Shown: positions 34,549 through 47,700 of the stretch, one piece after another
Numbering within the stretch: the stretch's first letter is position 1
Layout of the letters: the number at the start of each line of letters is the position of its first letter
Assembly: GCA_951804945.1 (NCBI GenBank)
Contig: OX638153.1
Location: forward strand, 72,168,001-72,232,000
Direction: 5' to 3'
Source of the DNA: Podarcis cretensis
Lineage: Eukaryota
DNA: 64,000 nucleotides
The notes under the pieces: generated by a model
What the model was told of the DNA's origin: nothing
The model's database searches: none
What the model saw: the letters and a program-made list of their open reading frames with translations, nothing else
Program-made: the position numbers and the translations under genes

Positions 34549-37500
34549 CTAGGGAAAAAAGAAACATGTGCAAGATATTTGGAACAAAATGTTATGCGCT
34601 ATGTTTTACCTTCTGGATCACAAATGTATCAATACAACATAATTCATCATTGCAAATGTATCCTGAATTAGATCAGGGCTGACGAACCATTAGCTCTCCA
34701 GATGTTGGACCCTGACTTCCATCTGCCCAAGCCAGCATGGCCAATGGTCAGGACTGATGGTAGCCATAGTCAATAATATCTATGGGCCACAGGTTGCCAA
34801 CTTTGTCCTAGATTGTATACCAGGGAATCAGCAAACTTTTCCAGTAGGGGGCCGGTCCACTGTCCCTCAGACCTTGTGGGGGGCCAGACTATATTTTTGG
34901 AAAAAAAAAAAAAGGATGCACGAGCACCATGAGCCCTGGTGGCTGCTGACCTGTGTCTTGTGAGCAGCAGGGGCTGGCGGTGGCAGCAGTGGAGGGATGA
35001 TGAGTGCTGTGCGAAAGGGCTCCCGAGAGGGGCTGCTTAAAATGGCGGCCGCTCGAGCGCTGCTGCTGCTGCTGGCACCAACAAACCCAGCCCCCTTACT
35101 CCTCTAGGCAGGGTGGGGAGAAGCCAGGAAGAGGGAGGGAGGAGGCACCGCCGCCACTGCCGCCATGTGAGGGAGGGAGAGGGAAATAACACACGTGCTG
35201 GCGATCCACGCAGTGATTCACGGACCATCTGTGGGCCAGATCTAGAAGGCAATTGGGCCTGATCCAGCCCGTGGTCCTAAGTTTGCAGACCCATGTTGTA
35301 TACCTTTTGGGGAATTTTTTTTTTTTTTTGGGGGGGGGAAGCATGCTAATCCATACCAGACTATAATGTTTAAAAAATAATTGTTTGAATTCCTTTCTGC
35401 TCCCCCATGGTGTAGGTTGCACTTCCTACTCATCTAGATGAATCCTCCAGCATTCCTTTTATAAGAACAACTACTCAATGTGGAAGAGACACGGAATAAC
35501 CACTTCAAAGCCACAGTGCACTATAACAAGACTAGCCATGTAGAGCCTCACAGATGTTGTTGGACTACAACTCCCATCATCCCTAACAATGGATAGGATG
35601 ATTGGGTGGTGGGAGTTTGGCTACAATATCTGGAGGGCACCATGCACTTGTATACGCTTGCAAAGGGTTTACATCTGCAAATATGGCTCCGCATTGTTAC
35701 CAAATGTTTCTGAAGCAAATACTGGGCATTGCTTGAGAGTTAACATTCATGTGCAGCTTCAGGGTCCTGGTGAAGCTATCCTCTTATGAATAGGGCAAAA
35801 GTGTTTCTTGATGCTCCTGTTCCTCATATGGAAGCTAATTATAGTCAAGACATCAAAAACTCTTCTAAATAGATGTGCACGCCCCAAAGGCACCAGTGGG
35901 ATAACTGGAATGCTTCTCACAGGGGACTGTGATTCTACAAGTGACATTGTAATCTGATACATGTTAAGACAGAAGCAAATCCTACTACAGCCAATGAGGT
36001 GAATGTTGTAGGTATTGTGTTTAGGACTGCAGCCTGAGTCACACAGAGCACTTCACGTAAGCTTCCTCTTGATTGCCATGATAGTGAAACTTGGCATTGC
36101 AAAGCTGACATGCTTTGCACAAGGGATATGGACTCTGTAGCCCTCTAGATACTGTTGGAACACAACATTCATCATCCCTGATGACTGGAGCTGATAGAAG
36201 TTGCAGTCCAGCAACATCAGGAAGGCTACAGGTTCTCCATCCCTGTTTACAGCTTGCAATATTGCACCGGGTATGCTTTGACTTTTTTTTTTTGTAAGCC
36301 TCTGTAACCAATTTTGGGTGAACAGCAGAATATAAATCTCTTAATAAAATAACTAATTCGTAAATAGATGTCTAATGGATGGATATGGTCATGAGATTTA
36401 TCAAGCTCATTCTTCAATTAAATATGCTCAAGTCCAGTCCCATAGCTGTAGGAAGCAATACCAATGATATGAAATTGCCAACTTCTGACATTATAAAATG
36501 ATTGGAGCCATCAGGTAAACCAGACTTTTGCATTCTTCAATAACCTGACAAGGGATTTCTTGAAGCTTCAACCATCATTTCATTCGGGCCTACCTGCATT
36601 TGTAAACATGGTCTTGGAAAGATCTCCTTTTGTTGGATGTACTGCTGGAGAGGCAATCGGATGGAATTTTTGCAACTCCTTTTTCTTCTTTGTTGGTTGG
36701 TTGCGTATCTGTGGGAAAGGCCGGCTGCTTGATTATCTCCTTCACATCTAGGGCTCCCTTGAATGGATTCCTCTTGTCAGATTTATGGTGTTTGTTGCCA
36801 GGGAGCGAAGGCACAGATGAGGAGATGGAATAACGCCTCACCGTCATAATGCTACCTGTGCAAAGATTGTAATCCATGTAGTTTGGTCTTTTTTAAAAAA
36901 TAAAGTAAAAACAAAAAACCTTTCTCATTAAGAGCCTGGAGTGACAATCTTAACCTAACAGATTAGCTGGAATCTGACTGAGGTGGTGGGACAATTGCCC
37001 ATGCATCCTAATGGAGCAACCTCCACTGCTAGATAGCACTGACCAGCTTCTCACCCGAGAAGGTATTCCTCTGAAAGCACAGGTTGGCTGATAACCTCCA
37101 ACCCGAGAAGTGCCACCCTTGAAAAGTGCAGATTAACTTGCAGGAGACCTTTGAAAGACTGGATCGTGGGCTTGACAAAATTCACCAGTGGGTCAGACCT
37201 AGCCTGAGAGACATAGGCCCCCTCACTTCCTGTCGTACAGAATCTCCAAAAAAGAGAGAGACCTGAATTGTACTGGAACCAAGGGAACAAGGGGAGATCC
37301 TTACATGTGAGAGCAGCCAGTAAAAAAGGTAAAGGTAAAGGTACCCCTGCCTGTACGGGCCAGTCTTGCCAGACTCTAGGCCGGGAGCCTACACTTCCGG
37401 GTCACGTGGCCAGCGTGACAAGCTGCATCTGGCAAGCCAGCACAGCACACGGAAATGCCGTTTACCTTCCCGCTAGTAAGCGGTCCCTATTTATCTACTT

Positions 37501-39874
37501 GCACCCGGGGGTGCTTTCGAACTGCTAGGTTGGGAGGCACTGGGACCGAGCAACGGGAGCGCACCCTGCTGCGGGGATTCGAACCGCCGACCTGACGATC
37601 GGCAAGTCCTAGGCGCCAGTACTGGAGCCAAATTGATTGCAAATGCAAAAGACCAATTAAACTGCAAACTGGAGACTTCCTTGAGATATTTTTTATCATT
37701 ATTTATTAAATTTCTATACCGCCCTTCATCTGAGGATCACAGGGTGGTGAATAATATAAAAACACAAAAATACATACCATAGTAACAAACAAACAAAAAA
37801 TACCCCCCACAGTATTATTACTATGTGCAACTTGTGCTGAGCTCTTGGCCATTCCCAAAGACCTTTTTGATATGCTGCAAAATGCTACTTAGCTAGGGGT
37901 GCCATGTTATCCAGCTGGCCAGATGTTAGGCATGCCACCCAATGCCCATTTACACCATTAGCTGGACTGGATTTCTAGTTCTCTCTCCTTTTTTAAAAGG
38001 AAGTCTCTTGCCCTCTGTCCTGTGACAGAAAGCAAAATGTGCTGGCGCCATTCTCCCTAGTGGTTTTGTGGGAAATGAGCCTGATCCCCCCTTGCACTGT
38101 TCTTAGCATTCCTATGAGAATTTACTCAGAAGTGAGATCTCTCTGTGTTTTTAATGAGGCTTGCCCTTGAGGTGAGACGGTCGCCTCAGGTGGAAGGTCT
38201 GGGCCCAAGGAGCCTGCTGCTTGCCCCCCCTCCTCCTACATGGCTGTGCCCCTGCCTTCTCCTCCACAGACTCATCTGTGGAGCAACAGGACGGTTAAAT
38301 GGTACACCTGCATCGCTGTCATGGTGGTGACCTGTAGCATGGTGCACCCATGGCTGTTGGAGGCAGTGGTAGGTTCATTTTATTTTTTTTACCTCAAGTG
38401 GCAAAACATCCAGCCTGAGGCTTACTTTCAGGAAAGTATGGCCAAATTCCATCTTTAGACATCCTAGTTTTCATTTATGCTTTGCAAGGTCGAATGCAAG
38501 CCTTCTCCATGTAACATGAAAGGAAAGCCCAACACTTTAAACAATCTATGGCCTTTTAAATGTGGGGGGACTGCTATTATGATATTTTTCTGTGATTGTT
38601 TTTTATTGTCTTTTATAATTATGCTATGTAAATTATGTTCTTAATGTCATACACTGCCCTGGGATCTTTGGATAAAGAGCAGTATATAAATTGAATAAAT
38701 TATTATTATTATTTTGAAAAACAACAACAACAACAACACTCCACTTCCCTGCTGTTAAGGTAAGAGGCTGCATGAGGTAAACAAAAAGCAGTGATGGTGG
38801 TGCTTAGCCATTTTCAAACTCACAACTTGATTTACATAATTAGCAAACCATTTGTATGTCAGTTACAGATAGGTAGCCGTGTTGGTCTGCCATAGTCAAA
38901 ACAAAAAAATTTTTTTTCTTTCCAGTAGCACCTTAAAGACCAACTAAGTTAGTTCTTGGTATGAGCTTTCGTGTGCATGCACACTCACACGAAAGCTCAT
39001 ACCAAGAACTAACTTAGTTGGTCTTTAAGGTGCTACTGGAAAGAAAAAAAAATTTTTCATTTGTATGTCAATTAGACTGCCTCGATTTGGGAGACTGGAA
39101 TATCAGAACTCTGTATCCAACCTTTAGTTCATGCCTCGTTACAACAGCTGCTTTTGAAATGTGGTTTTTTTTGGGGGGGGGGTGCTATTGGAATGTTGTT
39201 TTTATTTTTATTAGGTATTTTGTGCTTGATTTCATTCTGTGAACCGCCCTGAGACCCCTGGGTACAGGGCGGTATATAAATTCAATAAATAAAAATAAAA
39301 ACAACAAAAGTAATAATAATTACTGCTGTCCTAATTTCCGAGTGTAACAGGATGAGTTCCTGAGGCCTACCCAGAGCAGCTTGTGACTATCAGTGGAATA
39401 CTTTAGCTCATCTCAGGGTTAGCTAACACAGTGCTCTCCAGACTACAACTCCCCTCATCCCTGACCCATGCCAGCTGGGGCTGATGGGAACTGAATCCAA
39501 TGACATTTGGAGGGCTCCATGTTGGCTACCCTCCCTCTTCCTCTAGCCCAGGATGGGTCACTAAACAAAAGGTTCAGCCATAACTTGCCCCATCAGGAAT
39601 CATGGGTACCTTTTTGCTCCTGTAGTGTCAGAGCAGAGCCTGCTGAGACGTTCCTGCGCAGAGTCACTGGCGAGGCAGCGGCCTCTTCGACTGAGTCTGC
39701 GAGGCTCCAGCCCTTGTCCTTTTTGTCTTCGGCCCCTTCTCCATCCTCTCGCTTTGCTGCCTTCTGCCTGCTGCATGTCAGCTGCCCCCGGAGGGCTCTG
39801 TTCTCTCTCTCTAGCTTGATGATTTCCGAGCGCATTTCGTGGATGACCTTCATAAGCTGCTTGTTCCCGTCCAT
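34416..39874 (-). CDS. CCDC195: Coiled-coil domain-containing protein 195, 3 exons, 219 aa (span of spliced CDS)
   Basis: MDGNKQLMKVIHEMRSEIIKLERENRALR / GSIMTVRRYSISSSV / KVKAVSFLLPMDMS resemble human CCDC195 (MEADIQLMRLIQEMRAEIHKLEKENQALR, NVMIVRRYSISSSV, KAVSFLLPMDMS, recalled from memory); adjacent to DOCK10 as in human. Confidence 0.9.
34821..35295. mobile_element. Non-autonomous hAT (Charlie-like) element, CCDC195 intron 2
   Basis: CAGGGAATCAGCAAACT ... AGTTTGCAGACCCATG; 8-bp TSD TTGTATAC. Confidence 0.88.
36594..36855 (-). CDS. CCDC195: CCDC195 exon 2
   Basis: gcacag| GSIMTVRRYSISSSV...DHVYKCR |gtaggc; 262 nt. Confidence 0.9.
37323..37614 (-). mobile_element. Sauria SINE, 5'-truncated, CCDC195 intron 1
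   Basis: (AAAGGT)n tail; TSD GCCAGTA at 37316-37322 and 37615-37621. Confidence 0.9.
38862..39057. mobile_element. Penelope-like element remnant with inverted terminal duplication
   Basis: GTAGCCGTGTTGGTCTG / TAGCACCTTAAAGACCAAC reptile Penelope-type ends; 66-bp perfect inverted repeat; 13-bp TSD CATTTGTATGTCA. Confidence 0.75.
39610..39874 (-). CDS. CCDC195: CCDC195 exon 1
   Basis: ATG at 39874-39872; ends ...LQEQK G|gtaccc; 265 nt. Confidence 0.88.
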
Positions 39875-41183
39875 TTCCCACCTCCTTGCCAGACGGCCAA
39901 CCTGGGCGCCGCTTGCTTTAAAAAGAAACCATGAATCCAATGTGAGGGGCTCATGTGGCACATAAACACACCCGAACAATGGCACTCCCTCCTCCGGGCT
40001 CAGCATTGTGCTGTCTTTCACCACCCAAAGAGCCTTGGATAAACTGTCAAGGCTTGAAGAGCCCCTCCATGATTTATTCATTCCGGGTTTCATTTTTCCA
40101 AACTGAGTTTTCCTTTGGTGGCAGCTATTTCAGCGCAAAGACATTGGCCCTGTGAAAGTGGCAATGTGTGGGAGTGCAGGCACGATAATTCAAACACAGC
40201 ATTTGTCGTGTGTGTGTTTGTTCTCCTGCATTTGTCCCACCTGTCAAGCTCAGGCATCTTATGCTGGAAGGCTGCATTCTGCCTTCAGCAATCCTATCCT
40301 GTCCAGGGCTGCTGAATGCACCAGACTCAGAATTATTCTGAGCTGAAGCCAAGTTCACCCAGCATGCACCTCTCTCACCTCCGCCAACATGCATTGTTCC
40401 CTTCTCAGCTTCTTGAGAAGTTCCATTTTCAGAAATGACTTTGAGGGGGAGTGGGAGGGAAACAACGCCTTTCCACAGTTCCCCGCGGTTCCCATTAAAC
40501 AAAAATGCATTTCTGGCTGCCAACTAAGAATATATTTCCACCCGGCCACAGCTCAGCTTTGTTTGTGGCATTTGTTTGAACAAAGTGTGCACAGCAATAT
40601 TCTGGGATGGTAAGGAGAGACACATCAAGCATGAATGTTGCATTAGAAACGAAAGGCAATATCGTGGGCTGCTCCTGTTACCTACTCCCTGCGAGTATTT
40701 CTGCGCAGCAAAATGCCCTCCCGTAGCACTGAGAATTTTCCTTCTGTGATTTGGCATTAATATTAAAACTCAGTGTATTCTCTGATCAGCACATAAATTA
40801 TTTAAAACCTGTATGCTTTGAACTGAAGTCCCTCCACCCCACTTTATCACCTTGGAAGAGAGCGATTTCAATTCATTATGCAAAGTGGCTAATCATAGTA
40901 AAGACTGTGTGCATGTGCCATGATTGGCTCAGCCCTTTACAGATGTTCGGTAAATACAATGAGACTCACTTTGCAGTCGATGTGCACTACCCATATCAGG
41001 GGCAGTCAATGTGATGCTCTCCAAATGCTGTTGGACTCCCATCAGCCCCAGCAAGCATGGCCAATGGTGAGGGATGATGGGAGTTGTAGTCTAATAACAT
41101 CTGGAGAGCACCAGGTTGGCTACCCCTGGCCTATATTAATCCATCAGAATTGATGGAATATTTTTAGTTGCTAATGTCAGCTG

Positions 41184-41187
<4 letters not shown>

Positions 41188-41237
<50 letters not shown>

Positions 41238-41240
41238 TGT
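41188..41240. repeat. (CT)n(GT)n compound microsatellite
   Basis: Read directly from sequence. Confidence 0.95.
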
Positions 41241-44200
41241 TGTATAAAATAAAACAAAATCAAATGAGTAACATGTGGCAGGAAGGGAGCATATAGGTTC
41301 AGACAATGAAACATCTGTATGTAGCCAGGTACACATTTTAACATATACATGCATAGACTTCCTTCATACGTAAAGACTGGGGTGAAGCCTGCTTCTCTCT
41401 GCCCTGTGTGACAACAAGGGATGGGCAGACATGTCAGTTTCAGTTTCTCCCAGTTTCTCATTTTTTCAGTAATAAGTTCAATTCTCCAAATTTCTGCACA
41501 AGTTTGCATTTTTAAAAAAGTCCCTATGAAAATTCACCATCATCTTTCTACAATATGCGATTTTGCCTAACATACAGATTTTTTTTGCAAACAAATTTCC
41601 CCAAATAGGATGCATTTTAATACTTATTTTCACTAAATATGTTTTAATACATGTTCCTTACCCTAGCAACTGCATTTCTGTACACATTACGTGGCTGGAG
41701 AACTGCACTGCAAAATTTGGAGAAGCGCAAATTTTGAAAGATGACAATTTTTCAGGCTGCATCTTGTTTTGGAAAGAGAGAAAAAGGTAAATTCACCTGG
41801 TCATGTTCTAACAGTTTCCCTCTGGGTTGAAGCCGCTTCTTCCAAAGCAACATCTGCAACATCTTTCCCGCATCTCTGAGGTAAAGAAACTTAATTTGCC
41901 CCAAAGGGAAATTAAAAAAAAAAAGAATCAGAGGCCACAAGCGATTTGTTATTACCCTCCCTTTGCATGAACTTGAACAAGGCCCATTTTTGATCCAGTG
42001 CTGCTTGCAATTTTACTAAGAGGCTTTGGTCAATCATCTCACTGGTATCAAAGTTTGCAGAGTGAAAAGCAATGGCATGTGAGAGATTCAAACAGAATTC
42101 TGTCTTCAAGTTTCTTATTCCTATATTCCCCAGCAAGGGATCATGTGTAGGCTAAGTGATACCAAAAGCACCCAATTATAGTATCATTTCTGACCTCTTG
42201 GTTCACTCTGTCAACAATCAGCTTCCACTAGAGGAGTCTGAATGCGTATGACCTTTTGATCTTGTATAGGCAATATCTGCTGTAGTCATTTGTTTCTGGA
42301 AAGTAATTTCATGCATCTTTTTCCAAAGACATCCAAGGCAAGAAAATATGGAACATTCAAGGCCATAATTGTTTAATAAATGAATAAAATAGAAAACGAC
42401 CAAACCAGATAGATACCAGCAAAATGAAGGAACCCTTTTAACCTTTGCCTTCAAAGAATACATGAAAGGGGAAGGTTGTCTCTGTCCCCAGGATCCCCAT
42501 CCATTAGTTCCATGCCAGAAGGGCAGTTTGGCTGAATGTTGGTAGACTCATCTACACAATCAGGAACTTTGCATGACTGAAGCTCCCTTTTCTAGAGAGG
42601 ATTATTCACATGTTCACCTGAACTCATGAGGAATCCTCCTTTGGCCCTCCCACCCAATGCACGAAGGTGTGAAGCTGCAGCCTGTGGAGATCGGGATGGT
42701 CCAGTTAGTGTGCATGACCAGGCTCCCTCCAATATATCAGTGGTGGAGAACTTCAGATCCATTGCTCTCCAGAGCTCCCAGTTTGGCCCTTGAAACTGTT
42801 TGGGCACAGCCACACCTACCTGCCCTATACCTCATCTCATATATGGTGTCAGGTATGGAGCAAGTAAAGATGTGGCTGTGATGACAGGTGGTGGAAGGTG
42901 ACAGGTGGTCATTGCGATGTTAGGTGAGTCACAGTGGTCAAGCAAGACCTGCAGGGTGAGAAGAGAGGAGGAGATCAGAATCCTACCTGTTGGCTGGATC
43001 CAGCTCCCTGTCTCTGCTCTATGTGTTTCTGTGCAAAAGGCCTGAATCGTGGCAAGGTTAACACACAATAATATAAATCAGAAAGCACCTAATTACATTT
43101 CTGGAGCAACTGAAAAAACAACAACACACAGTTGCCCTAAAACTAAGCAGTGAGATGGACCAGTGAACCTCCCTAGGGAGGCTATAGCATAATAGCTGCA
43201 ACACTTCAGAGGAAGCCTGGTCCAGCTCCCAGGACATCCTAATGGGACCTTTCAGAAACAAGGCAGATGGAGAAAACATGCCCAAACGCGGCATGTGTCC
43301 CACTCTATTTGGCAAACATTATTACCCATAAGTGAAGGAGGATGCCTCAGGAATTTAGAGTGTTCCTCATAAAAGCTTGCTTTCAGTAGACGGTGACAGC
43401 TACTCTGCTACTGGAATTGCTAAGCAGCTGTTTACAGCCATTTGTTATGCTGAGCTGCTTCTGCTGTTCCAAAATTTAGACAGGTCAATTCTTTGTTGTT
43501 TCAACAAAAGCCAAATGGTTTTGCAAATAATCACTGTGAGCCTGGAATGCGCTTACAGATATGCAAAGATTCCCCCCCCATAAATGATGGATGTACATAT
43601 GCAGACACCAAAGTCATTCGCCTGAGATAAATTCAACCGAGAAGGTTTTAGGAAGAATGCAAATTTATCTAATAAACTAATGATTTAGTCACTGAAATGT
43701 TAACTCCCTGCTTTTCAGATATCATTGATCAAATACAGTGAAAGCCTTACCTTTTACACAAATGTCCTAGTGCAGTTCAGAGGCATATAAACATGGACAT
43801 CCTTGGAAGGTTTTAAGGAGAGGTTGGATGGCCATCTGTCATGGATGCTTTAGCTGAGATCCCTGCAATACAGGGGGTTGATCACCCTCAAGCATAGGCA
43901 TAGCCAAGGGGAGACGGGGACAGCCATTTCCCCTAGATCAAGTAAAACAATAGAAATGCTTAACTAATTGACCAATCACATCAGTTTCCCCCTCCAACAA
44001 AAATCCTGGCTGCATCCATGCCCTCGGGGGTCCCTTCCAACTCTATGGTTCTATTATTCATGTTCTAGATGGATGAGGAGCCATTTGACTGAACAAGTGC
44101 TGCATATGCAGTTACACCTCCAATCCAATAGGTGGTGTTGCCAGAAATTCAGCAAAAGAACTTCCCAGGTAGAGTAGTGAATAAGGTTTCCCGGATTGGG

Positions 44201-45385
44201 CTGGGCTGAGGACTAATTGCCTGTTATTAATAAACACCAGATATATGCATGTACTGCCTGAATATTGCTGTGTGCACTGTGTGAGTCCCACAGTACTCTA
44301 AGCATAGGGAGACATCCTCGTTCTGGGTGGCTGCTACTGGATTTGTAAGTCTCTTCTCCTAGAGACTCACCAAAGCCAGAGCCTTTATGGCTTCCTGCGC
44401 AAGACATTTTATCTGGCTGCTGTTAGTCAAGGATGGGAAAGGCAAGGCAGAAGAAACCACCATTGGGATCAAAGGATTATGCATCCAAGTCATGCCACAG
44501 TGGAGCTTGGGTATGAAAACATGGCTCAGGTAGATCAGTTGCTTGATTTTGACACATTAACCTACTTGGACCAACATTAATGTCTCTTACATAAGGGATG
44601 TTGCTTCGGTTTACGACATGTACACCCAGCACCATGTGAAGGGTGTCTTCTCTGCATCAAGAAAGCCGTAGGAACGTGGCATGTATGATTTGGCCACTAT
44701 GCAAGATCTTTCCCCTTCTGGTGAAAGACAGGAGGATCATACCAGTTAACTGATTAATACTTCTACTTGTACACCTGCCCAGCTTACTTATGTGTTCCCC
44801 ACCCTAGGTTGGTCCCAGCCCATATCATGCAAGGTTGCTGCTGCAAGATGTGATGGGATTTGATGCTATGGCTAGGACAATAAGGTGTCAGTATCAAGTT
44901 TGAAAAGTTTTCTGAGAAAGGTGTTTTCTGAGCCTCTGTACTATCCTGTTGGGCACACACACAGGATTACCAGGGCCAGTCCAACCTAATTTGCAACAAT
45001 CTGTGGCTGCACATACCTGGCTCATCTGAGGTCCTCCAAACCTGCCTGATTTGACTCAGTCGTTGGCCAAATCTGGTGCATAGCCCTATTAGATTGGGCA
45101 ACCTTTCCCACTGAGGAATGTCATCTTAAAATAGGACATGTTACCACCCTGTATTCAGGGAATGGTAGAACTGATAAGACAATCTTCATATCCATTAATC
45201 CACAAAATCCTGTAAGTATTAGTGTGACATTTTACAACTCCAATTCAAAAGGAAAAGGTTGAGAAATAGAACGTATTCTGCTGTGTTTACGCTTTTATGC
45301 TTTGCTTTTTTTCCTCCAGTATGCTTACAAACAGCTGTAATGTGCATGCTATGAAAGTAATTGTGATAGGGATTGCCAATGTTGT

Positions 45386-45755
45386 AAAAAAAGTAAAGGT
45401 AAAGGTCCAGTCAAAGGCAACTGTGGGGTTGCCGCGCTCATCTCGCTTTCAGGCAGAGGGAGTCAGCATTTGTTGACAGACAGCTTTCTGGGTCATATGG
45501 CCAGCATGACTAAAATGCTTCTGAAGCAATGGAACACTGTGATGGAAACCAGAGCGCACGGAAATGCCGTTTACCTTCCTGCCGGAGCGGTACCTATTTA
45601 TCTACTTGCACTGGCGTGCTTTCAAACTGCTAGGTTGGCAGGAGCTGGGACAGAGCAACAGGAGCTCACCCCATCACATGGATTTGAACTGCTGACCTTC
45701 TGATCAGCAACCCCAAGAGGCTCAGTAGTTTAGACCACAGCGCCACCCACATCCC
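45386..45755 (-). mobile_element. Sauria SINE (older, CpG-decayed)
   Basis: Colinear with the 31711 copy; GTAAAGGTAAAGG tail. Confidence 0.88.
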
Positions 45756-46822
45756 TGGAACCTGAAGAAATTATAACCCCGCACCTGAAATTAGATTTAA
45801 AAGAAGCATTCAGTTCTGGCCAATAGAGCAAGTTGTAGTGTGTGTGATTGTGGTGCCCACAACAATTTATCCAGTTTGCAAATTCAGCCAAAAAGGTTTA
45901 TGACTCCTCTTATAATGAACATTATGACAAAGAATGTTATTACTTATACTATACAGCTACAACTGTTTATTTCTCATGTGATTGGGCACTTGCCTTTGGG
46001 CACAAATTTGAAGATGGACATTCTAAACAGTCCAAGCATTCACCTGAACACCCCTGGCAAGAATATCTGCACCGCCACTGGGTGGGTAGTGGGCGGTTTT
46101 GCTAAGAGCACAAAAGAGATGCTGTCTGATTCAGTCCTTGTTTTGCTTTTCCTATTAATGCAACAAAGGGCTCCTTTCTTATTGCTCATGTGTCCTTTAT
46201 GTGGAATTTCACATAATTGGGTATGGAAAAAGTATGTCATATTCAATGCGAGGGTGATTTAATGCTCTCCCTTCCTTCTCAATATTAACCAAATATGCCT
46301 GTTGCAATCAACCGAGGGTCATCTAATAAAACTTCCCCTGTGAATATCGAGACATAATTACTCTGCAAGGAATGATTCCTATTAAGCATTAAATGAGTCT
46401 TCAATTTGAAATGGAAACCTTTGCCTGTGGTTTGGTGTCACTGAAGATGTGATTAAACATAAAATATGCATAACTCTTAACTCCTTTAGGGGTGTTGGGA
46501 TGACACCAACTAATGCATAAATAATACCTCAATAGATTCGTCCAATTTTACCCAACGGCAGAAAACCTTCATTTGTGAAAAGCGTGTGCTATTAGAGTTC
46601 ACAAAAGTTTTGAATGCTAGTGGTACCAGGCTGTGACCAGGTGGCAACACAAGGAATTTGCCTTATGCTAAGTCAGAACATTGGTTTATCTAGTGTTGAC
46701 ACTGACTGGCAGCAACCCCAGCCTTTCCTGCAGACACCAGGGATTGAACCCGGAACCTTCTTTGTGCAAAGCAGATGTGCTACCCCCAAACTAGGGCTAT
46801 TCCCCTTAGTTGATGATGAAAG

Positions 46823-46859
<37 letters not shown>

Positions 46860-46860
<1 letters not shown>

Positions 46861-47700
46861 ATTACCCCACCCATCCGGTTGGGTTTCCCCAGCCACTCTG
46901 GGCAGCTCCCAACAGATTAAAAACAGAATAAAACATCAAATATTAAAAACTTCCCTAAACAGGGCTGCCTTCAGATGTCTTCTAAAAGTCAAATAGTTGT
47001 TTATTTCCTTGACATCTGATGGGAGGGTGTTCCACAGGCAGGCACCACCACCGAGAAGGCCCTCTGCCTGGTTCCCTGCAACCTCACCTCTCGCAGTGAG
47101 AGAACTGCCAGAAGGCCCTCGGAGCTGGACCTCAGTGTCTGGGCTGAACGATGGGGGTGGAGATGTTCCTTCAGGTATACTGGGCCGAGGACATTTAGGG
47201 CTTTAAAGATCAGCACCAACACTTTGAATTGTGCTCAGAAACGTACTGGGAGCCAATGTAGGTCTTTCAGAACCGGTGTTATATGGTCTCGTCGGCCACT
47301 CCCAGTCACCAATCTAGCCGCTGCATTATGGATTAGTTGTAGTTTCTGGGTCACCTTCAAAGGTAGCCCCACATAGAGCACATTGCAGAAGTCCAAGCAG
47401 GAGATAACTAAAGCATTCACTACTCTGGTGAGACAGTCTGCGGGCAGGTAGGGTCTCCGCCGGCATAGCAGATGGAGCTGGTAGACAGCTGCCCTGGACA
47501 CAGAATTGACCTGCGCCTCCATGGGCAGCTGTGAGTCCAAAATGACTCCCTGGCTGTGCACCTGCTCCTTCTGGGGCACAGCTACCCCATTCAGGAGTCC
47601 CCCCCTGCCTGCCCCCTGTCCCCCCAAAACAGTACTTCTGTCTTGTTAGGATTCAACCTCAATCTGTTAGCAGCCATCCGTCCTCCAACTGCCTCCAACT
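46860..47700 (-). mobile_element. L2 LINE 3' fragment with microsatellite tail
   Basis: GVILDSQL...NALVISCLDFCNVLYVGLP...HITPVLKDLHWLPV; (GTT)n tail at 46822-46860. Confidence 0.88.

Noticed and set aside
39875-40093. N-terminal extension of the CCDC195 ORF (MKPGMNK...)
   Set aside because: Similarity to CCDC195 begins at MDGNKQL; the upstream open frame is more likely 5'UTR or promoter, though not excluded.
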